In this document: positions 56,801-64,000 of the stretch, piece by piece
How the letters are laid out: every line of letters starts with the position of its first letter
Numbering within the stretch: the first letter of the stretch is position 1
Assembly (NCBI GenBank): GCA_964016885.1
Contig: OZ024744.1
Location: forward strand, 92,876,001-92,940,000
DNA length: 64,000 nt
Source: Eledone cirrhosa
Lineage: Eukaryota
Reading direction: 5' to 3'
Translations under genes and position numbers: made by a program
The notes under the pieces: model-generated
What the model was told of the DNA's origin: nothing
What the model saw: only the letters and a program-made list of their open reading frames with translations
Databases searched by the model: none

Positions 56801-57750
56801 TTTTGGTATCAACCTCTGGGTATCAGTCTCTTGGTATCAGTCTCTTGGTATCAGTCTCTTGGTATCAACCTCTTGGTATCAGCCTCTTGGTATCAGCCTC
56901 TTGGTAGCAGCCTCTTGGTATCAGTCTATTGGTATCAACCTATTGGTATCAGCCTCTTGGCATCAACCTCTTGGTATCAGCCTCTTGGTATCAACCTCTT
57001 GGTAGCAGCCTCTTGGTATCAGTCTATTGGTATCAATCTCTTGGTATCAGTCTATTGGTATCAACCTCTTGGTATCAGCCTCTTGGTATCAACCTTTTGG
57101 TAGCAGCCTCTTGGTGTCAGTCTCTTGGTATCAACCTCTTGGTATCAGTCTCTTGGTATCAGTCTCTTGGTATCAGTCTCTTGGTATCAGTCTCTTGGTA
57201 TCAGTCTCTTGGTATCAGTCTCTTGGTATCAGTCTCTTTGTATCAACCTCTTGGTATCAGTCTCTTGGTATCAGTCTCTTGGTATCAGTCTCTTGGTATC
57301 AGTCTCTTGGTATCAGTCTCTTGGTATCAGTCTCTTGGTATCAGTCTCTTGGTATCAGTCTCTTGGTGTCAGTCTCTTGGTATCGACCTCTTGGTATCAG
57401 CCTCTTTGTATCAACCTCTTGGTATCAGTCTCTTGGTATCAATCTCTTGGTATCAGTCTCTTGGTATCAGCCTCTTGGTATCAGTCTCTTGGTATCAGTC
57501 TCTTGGTATCAGTCTCTTGGTATCAGTCTCTTGGTATCAGTCTCTTGGTATCAGTCTCTTGGTATCAACCTCGTGGTATCAGTCTCTTGGTATCAGTCTC
57601 TTGGTATCAGTCTCTTGGTATCAGTCTCTTGGTATCAGCCTCTTGGTGTCAGTCTCTTGGTATCAGTCTCTTGGTATCATTTTCTTGGTATCAGTCTTTT
57701 GGTATCAACCTCTGGGTATCAGTCTCTTGGTATCAGTCTCTTGGTATCAG
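53900..57750 (+). repeat. Higher-order duplication of ~1.75-1.83 kb with private marker monomers
   Basis: GATTGCAG at 54047 and 55881 (offset 1834 = 131x14); TCATTTTC at 54961, 56781 and 57677. Confidence 0.8.
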
Positions 57751-60700
57751 TCTCTTGGTATCAGCCTCTTGGTATCAGTCTCTTGGTATCAGTCTCTTGG
57801 TATCAGTCTCTTGGTATCAGTCTCTTGGTATCAGCCTCTTGGTGTCAGTCTCTTGGTATCAGTCTCTTGGTATCAGCCTCTTGGTATCAACCTCTTGGTA
57901 TCAGCCTCTTGGTATCAGTCTCTTGGTAGCAGCCTCTTGGTATCAGTCTATTGGTATCAACCTATTGGTATCAGTCTATTGGTATCAACCTCTTGGTATC
58001 AGCCTCTTGGTATCAATCTCTTGGTATCAACCTCTTGGTATCAGTCTCTTGGTATCAGTCTCTTGGTATCAATCTCTTGGTATCAGCCTCTTGGTATCAA
58101 CCTCTTGGTAGCAGCCTCTTGGTATCAGTCTATTGGTATCAATCTCTTGGTATCAGTCTATTGGTATCAACCTCTTGGTATCAGCCTCTTGGTATCAATC
58201 TCTTGGTATCAACCTCTTGGTATCAGTCTCTTGGTATCAGTCTCTTGGTATCAATCTCTTGGTATCAGCCTCTTGGTATCAGTCTCTTGGTATCAGTCTC
58301 CTGATATCAACCTCTTGGTATCAGTCTCTTGGTATCGACCTCTTGGTATCAACCTCTTGGTATCAACCTCTTGGTATCAACCTTTTGGTATCAGCCTCTT
58401 GGTATCAACCTCTTGGTATCAACCTCTTGGTATCAACCTCTTGGTATCAGTTGCTTGGAATCAGTCTATTGGTATCAGTCTATTGGTATCAGGCTCTTGG
58501 TATAACCCATTTGGTATCAGTCTCTTGATATCAACCTCTTGGTAGCAGCCTCTTGCTATCAACCTCTTGGTATCAGTCTCTTGTTATCAACCCCTTGGTA
58601 TCAGCCTATTGGTATCACTCTATTGGTATCAGTCTCTTGGTATCAGTCTCTTGGTATCAGTCTCTTGGTATCAACCTCTTGTTATCGACCTCTTGGTATC
58701 AACCTCTTGGTAGCAGCCTCTTGGTATCAGGTTCTTGGTATCAACCTCTTGGTATCAGTCTCTTGGTATCAGCCACTTGGTATCAACCTCTTGGTATCAG
58801 TCTCTTGGTATCAGTCTCTTGGTATCAGTCTCTTGGTATCAACCTCTTGGTATCAGTCTCTTGGTATCAACCTCTTGGTATCAGCCTCTTGTTATCTACC
58901 TCTTGGTATCAACCTCTTGGTAGCAGCCTCTTGATATCAGTCTCTTGGTATCAACCTCTTGGTATCAGTCTCTTGGTATCAGTCTCTTGGTATCAGTCTC
59001 TTGGTATCAGTCTCTTGGTATCAGTCTCTTGGTATCAGTGTCTTGGTATCAGCCACTTGGTATCAGCCTCTTGGTATCAACCTCTTGGTATCAGTCTCTT
59101 GATATCAACATCTTGGTATCAGCCTCTTGGTATCTACCTCTTGGTATCAACCTCTTGGTAGCAGCCTCTTGGTATCAGTCTCTTGGTATCAAACTCTTGG
59201 TATCAGTCTCTTGGTATCAGTCTCTTGGTATCAGTCTCTTGGTATCAGTCTCTTGGTATCAGTCTCTTGGTATCAGTCTCTTGGTATCAGTCTCTTGGTA
59301 TCAGTCTCTTGGTATCAGTCTCTTGGTATCAGTCTCTTGGTATCAGTCTCTTGGTATCAGTCTCTTGGTATCCGCCTCTTGGTATCAGTCTCTTGGTATC
59401 TGTCTCTTGGTATCAGTCTCTTGGTATCAGTCTCTTGGTATCAACCTCTTGGTATCAGTCTCTTGGTATCAGTCTCTTGGTATCAGTCTCTTGGTATCAG
59501 TCTCTTGGTATCAGTCTCTTGGTATCAGTCTCTTGGTATCAGCCTCTTGGTATCATCCTCTTGGTATCAGTCTCTTGGTATCAGTCCTTTGGTATCAGTC
59601 TCTTGGTATCAATCTCTTGGTATCAACCTCTTGGTTTCAACCTCTTGGTATCAGTCTCTTGGTATCAATCTCTTGGTATCAGTCTCTTGGTATCAGTCTC
59701 TTGGTATCAGTCTCTTGGTATCAGTCTCTTGGTATCAGTCTCTTGGTATCAGTCTCTTGGTATCAGCCTCTTGGTATCAACCTCTTGGTATCAGTCTCTT
59801 GGTATCGACCTCTTGGTATCAACCTCTTGGTATCAGTCTCTTGGTATCAGTCTCTTGGTATCTGTCTCTTGGTATCAGTCTCTTGGTATCAACCATTTGG
59901 TATCAGCTACATGGTATCAACCTCTTGGTATCATCTTCTCGGTATCAACATCTTGGTATCAACCTCTTGGTATCAACCACATGGTATCAACCTCTTGGTA
60001 TCAGCTTCTCGGTATCAACATCTTAGTATCAACCTCTTGGTATCAGCCACATGGTATCAACCTCTTGGTATCAGTCTATTGGTATCAGTCTCTTGGTATC
60101 AACCTCTTGGTATAAGTCTCTTGGTATCAACCTCTTGGTATCAGTCTCTTGATATCAACCTCTTGGTATCAACCTCTTGGTATCAACCTCTTGGTATCAA
60201 GCTCTTGGTATCCGCCACTTGGTATCAGTCTATTGGTATCAACCTATTGGTATCATCCTCTTGGTATCCACCTCTTGGTATCAGCCTCATGGTACTAGAC
60301 TCTTGGTATCAGCCTCTTGGTATCAGCCTCTTGGTCGCAGCCTCTTGGTATCAGCCTCTTGGTATCAGCCTCTGGGTATCAGTCTATTGGTATCAACCTA
60401 TTTGTATCAGCCTCTTGGTATCAACCTCTTGGTATCAGCCTCTTGGTATCAGCCTCTTGGTAGCAGCCTCTTGGTATCAGTCTATTGGTATCAAACTATT
60501 GGTATCAGCCTCTTGGTATCAACCTCTTGGTATCAGCCTCTTGGTATCAGCCTCTTGGTATCAACCTCTTGGTAGCAGCCTCTTGGTATCAGTCTATTTG
60601 TATCAATCTCTTGGTATCAGTCTATTGGTATCAACCTCTTGGTATCAGCCTCTTGGTATCAATCTCTTGGTATCAACCTCTTGGTATCAGTCTCTTGGTA

Positions 60701-62183
60701 TCAGTCTCTTGGTATAACCCACTTGGTATCAGTCTCTTGGTATCAGCCTCTTGGTATCTACCTCTTGGTATCAACCTCTTGGTATCAGTGTCTTGGTATC
60801 AGTCTCTTGGTATCAATCTCTTGGTATCAGCCTCTTGGTATCAGTCTCTTGGTATCAGTCTCTTGATATCAACCTCTTGGTATCAGTCTCTTGGTATCGA
60901 CCTCTTGGTATCAGCCTCTTGGTATCAACCTCTTGGCATCAACCTATTGGTATCAGCCTCTTGTTATCAACCTCTTGGTATCAACCTCTTGGTATCAGAC
61001 TCTTGGTATCAGTCTCTTGGTATCAACCTCTTGGTATCAGCCTCTTGGTATCAACCTCTTGGTATCAACCTCATGGTACTAGCCTCTTGGTACCAGCCTC
61101 TTGATATCTACCTCTTGGTATCTGCCTCTTGGTATCAATCTCTTGGTATCAGTCTCTTGGTATCAGTCTCTTGGTATCAGCCTCTTGGTATCAACCATTT
61201 GGTATCAGCTACATGGTATCAACCTCTTGTTATCAGCTTCTCAGTATCAGCATCTTGGTATCAACCTCTTGGTATCAACCACATGGTATCAGCCACATGG
61301 TATCAACCTCTTGGTATAAGTCTCTTGGCATCCACCTCTTGATATCAACCTCTTGGTATCAACCTCTTGGTATCAACCTCTTGGTATCAACCTCTTGGTG
61401 TCAAGCTCTTGGTATCAACCTCTTGGTATCAGTCTCTTGGTATCAGTCTCTTGATATCAATCTCTTGGTATCAGCCTCTTAGTATCAGTCTCTTGGTATC
61501 AACCACATGGTATCAGTCTATTGGTATCAACCTCTTGGTATCAGTTTCTTGGTATCAGCCTCTTGGTATCAGACTCTTGGTATCAACCTCTTGGTATCAA
61601 CCTCTTGGTATCAACCTCTTAGTATCAACCTCTTGGTATCAGTCTCTTGATATCAATCTCTTGGTATCAGTCTCTTGGTATCAGTCTCTTGGTATCAACC
61701 TCTTGGTATCAACAACATGGTATAAGCCACATGGTAACCACCTCTTGGTATAAGTCTCTTGGCATCAACCTCTTGGTATCAACCATTTGGTATCAGCTCC
61801 ATGGTATCAACCTCTTGGTATCAGCTTCTCGGTATCAGCATCTTGGTATCAATCTCTTGGTATCAACTACATGGTATCAGCCACATGGTATCAACCTCTT
61901 TGTATAAGTCTCTTGGCATCAACCTTTGTGTATCAACCTTTTGGTATCAACCACTTGGTATCACCTACATGGTATCAACCTCTTGGTATCAGCTTCTCGG
62001 TATCAGCCTCTTGGTATAAACCTCTTGGTGTCAGTCTCTTGGTATCAACCTCTTGGTACCAGTCTCTTGGTATCAACCTCTTGGTACTGTCTCTTGGTAT
62101 CAGCCTCTTGGTATCGACCTCTTCGTATCAACCTCTTCGTATCAGCCTCTCGGTATCAGCCTTCTGGGTTCTCAGCCTCTTGG

Positions 62184-62272
62184 CTGCTATTTCTAGCAGG
62201 CTGATCAACAAACACCACATAGATGTTTCCTCACTGGCACATGTAATATGTAATAATAGTTACAACATCCAA
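62184..62272. other. Short unique linker (~89 bp) between the two satellites
   Basis: CTGCTATTTCTAGCAGGCTGATC...GTTACAACATCCAA fits neither periodicity. It contains a 6-bp hairpin (62184-62199) and an ATGTAAT tandem pair (62241-62254). Confidence 0.93.
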
Positions 62273-64000
62273 GGTTGTGAGGTTGTGAGGTTTTGAGATT
62301 GTTAGGTTGTTAGCTTGTTAGGTGTGAGGGTGTGAGGTGGGGTTGTGAGATGGGTTTGTGAGGTTGTGAGGTTCTGAGGTTGTGAGGTTGTGAGGTTGTG
62401 AGGTTGTGCGAATGTGATGTTGTGATGTTGTGAGAGTGTTAAGTTGTGAGGTTGTGAGGTGGGGTTGTGAGGTTGTGAGGTTGTGAGGTTGTCAGGTTGT
62501 TAGATTGTGACGGGGGTTGTTAGGTTATGAGGTTGTGAGATTGTGAGGGTGTGAGGGTGTTAGGTCGAGATGTTGTGACTTTGTGAGGTTGTTAGGTTGT
62601 TAGCTTGTTAGGTTGTGAGGTTGTGGTGCTGTGAGGTTGTTAGGTTGTGAGGTTGTGAGGTTGTTAGGTTGTCAGGTTGCGAGGTTGTGAGGTTATAAAG
62701 ATGTGAAGTTGTGAGGTTGTGAGTTTGTGAGGTTGTGACATTGTGGGGTTGTGAGGTTGTGAGGTTGTGAGGTTATGAGGCTGAGAGGTTGTTAGGTTGT
62801 TAGGTTGTTAGTTTGTTAAGTTGTGAGGCTGTGAGGTTGTGAGTTTGTGAGATTGTGAGGTTGTGAGGTTGTGAGGTTATTAAGTTGTTAGTTTGTTAGG
62901 TTGTTAGTTTGTGAGGTTGTGACGTTGTGACGTTGTGACGTTGTGAGGTCGAGAGGTTGTTAGGTTGTGTGGTTGTTAGGTTGTTAGGTTGTTAGGTTGT
63001 TAGGTTGTTAGTTTGTTAAGTTGTGAGGCATGAGGTTGTGAGGTTGTGAGATTGTTAGGTTGTTAGGTGTAAGGGTGTGAGGTGGGATTGTGAGGTGGGC
63101 TTGTGAGGTTGTGAGGTTGTGAGGTTGTGAGGCTGTGAGGTGGGGTTGTGAGGTTGTGACGTTGTGAAGTTGTGAAGTTGTTAGGTTCTGAGTTTGTTAC
63201 GTTGTGAGGTTGTGACGTTGTGACGTTGTGAGGTCGAGAGGTTGTGAGGTAGTTAGGTTGTTAGGTTGTTAGCTTGTGAGGTAAGTTGTGAGGCGTGAGG
63301 TTGTGAATTTGTGAGGTTGTGAGGTTGTGAGTTTGTGAGGTTGTGAGGCTGAGAGGTTGTTAGGTTTTAGGTTGTTAGTTTGTTAAGTTGTGAGGCTGTG
63401 AGGTTGTGAGTTTGTGAGATTGTGAGGTTGTGAGTTTGTGAGATTGTGAGGTTGTGAGGCTGTGAGGTTGTGAGGTTATTAGGTTGTTAGGTTGTTAGTT
63501 TGTGACGTTGTGACGTTGTGACGTTGTGACGTTGTGAGGTCGAGAGGATGTTAGGTTGTGACGTTGTGAGGTTGTTAGATTGTTAGGTGTAAGGGTGTGA
63601 GGTGGGGTTGTCAGGTGGGCTTGTGAGGTTGTGAGGTTGTGAGGATGTGAGGTTGTGAGGCTGTGAGGTGGGGTCGTGAGGTTGTGACGTTGTGAAGTTG
63701 TGAAGTTGTTAGGTTCTGAGTTTGTTAGGTTGTGAGTTTGTGACGTTGTGACGTTGTGAGGTCGAGAGGTTGTGAGGCTGTGAGGTTGTTAGGTTGTTAG
63801 GTTGTTAGGCTGTTAGCTTGTTAGCTTGTGAGGTAAGTTGTGAGGCCTGAGGTTGTGAATTTGTGAGGTTGTGAGGTTGTGAGGTTGTGAGGTTGTGAGG
63901 CTTTGAGGCTGTGAGTTGTGAGGTTGTGAGGTTGTTAGGTTATTAGGTTGTTAGATTGTGAGGTGGCGTTGTTAGGTTGTGAGGTGGGGTTGTGAGGTTG
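62273..64000 (+). repeat. 8-bp G+T-rich satellite/minisatellite, GGTTGTGA with frequent GGTTGTTA variant, roughly 215 units, open at the right window edge
   Basis: Directly visible. Variants include GTTTGTGA, GATTGTGA, CGTTGTGA, GGCTGTGA and AGTTGTGA, plus off-length units such as GGTGG and GGTGTGA. Confidence 0.97.
62780..63900 (+). repeat. Higher-order duplication (~520-570 bp) within the 8-bp array
   Basis: AAGGGTGTGAGGTGG at 63071/63591, GTAAGTTGTGAGG at 63281/63833, GTGAATTTGTG at 63303/63855, CTGAGAGGTT at 62781/63349. Confidence 0.8.

Larger units (their letters stand above)
1..62183 (+). repeat. 14-bp satellite array, consensus GGTATCA(GT/AC/GC)CTCTT, ~4,440 monomers, single orientation, open at the left window edge
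   Basis: Directly visible on every line from 1 to ~62183. The three dominant monomers are GGTATCAGTCTCTT, GGTATCAACCTCTT and GGTATCAGCCTCTT. Copy number is length/14. The last recognisable units are degenerate 15-mers at 62152-62181. Confidence 0.99.

Noticed and set aside
1-62183. CRISPR array or other repeat-spacer system
   Set aside because: Monomers abut directly with only a 2-nt variable site. There are no unique spacers, no leader and no cas or other genes.
1-62183. GATA-factor site in every monomer (TGATAC on the - strand)
   Set aside because: It does not match the WGATAR consensus at the last position, and there is no independent evidence of regulatory function.
1-62183. Deliberate information code or synthetic construct in the GT/GC/AC pattern
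   Set aside because: The pattern is accounted for by nested duplication with accumulating point mutations and edge decay. There are no adapters, indices or designed features.
23-62204. Hundreds of + strand ORFs, up to 674 aa
   Set aside because: They overlap in all three frames with the same peptide repeat, start mostly at TTG within the monomer, and end at sporadic variant stops. This is an arithmetic consequence of a stop-free 14-bp repeat, not coding signal.
61787-62296. ORF running from the satellite through the unique linker (..RLINKHHIDVSSLAHVICNNSYNIQGCEVVRF)
   Set aside because: About 30 stop-free codons in one of three frames is unremarkable by chance. There is no recognisable motif, and the rest of the ORF is satellite.
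62273-64000. Canonical telomere tract
   Set aside because: There is no run of (TTAGGG)n or (TTAGG)n, and the unit is a degenerate 8-mer with higher-order duplications. It is kept only as a telomere-like hypothesis.
62273-64000. G-quadruplex array
   Set aside because: The tracts are mostly GG doublets with 6-nt loops, which gives at best weak two-tetrad potential. GGG or longer tracts are sparse.

Overview
The window is almost entirely non-coding tandem repeat, most consistent with eukaryotic satellite DNA; the organism cannot be determined from the sequence. Bases 1-~62183 are one uninterrupted, single-orientation array of about 4,440 copies of a 14-bp monomer, GGTATCA-[GT/AC/GC]-CTCTT. It is organised into irregular kilobase-scale higher-order duplications that can be traced with rare variant monomers. 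An ~89-bp unique linker (62184-62272) follows, then a second, G+T-rich 8-bp array (GGTTGTGA/GGTTGTTA) runs off the window end. All listed ORFs are artefacts: the 14-mer has no stop codon in any + frame and a TGA in every monomer on the - strand. I found no genes, RNA genes, mobile elements or CRISPR array, and no evidence for a new protein-coding system. The observations worth follow-up are structural: a recurring order of marker monomers, stepwise layering of marker alleles along the array, very strict 14-bp register, palindrome-perfecting variants, and an inverted 7-nt core shared by the two satellites across a linker with fold-back motifs. All positions were counted by eye; duplication boundaries are approximate.
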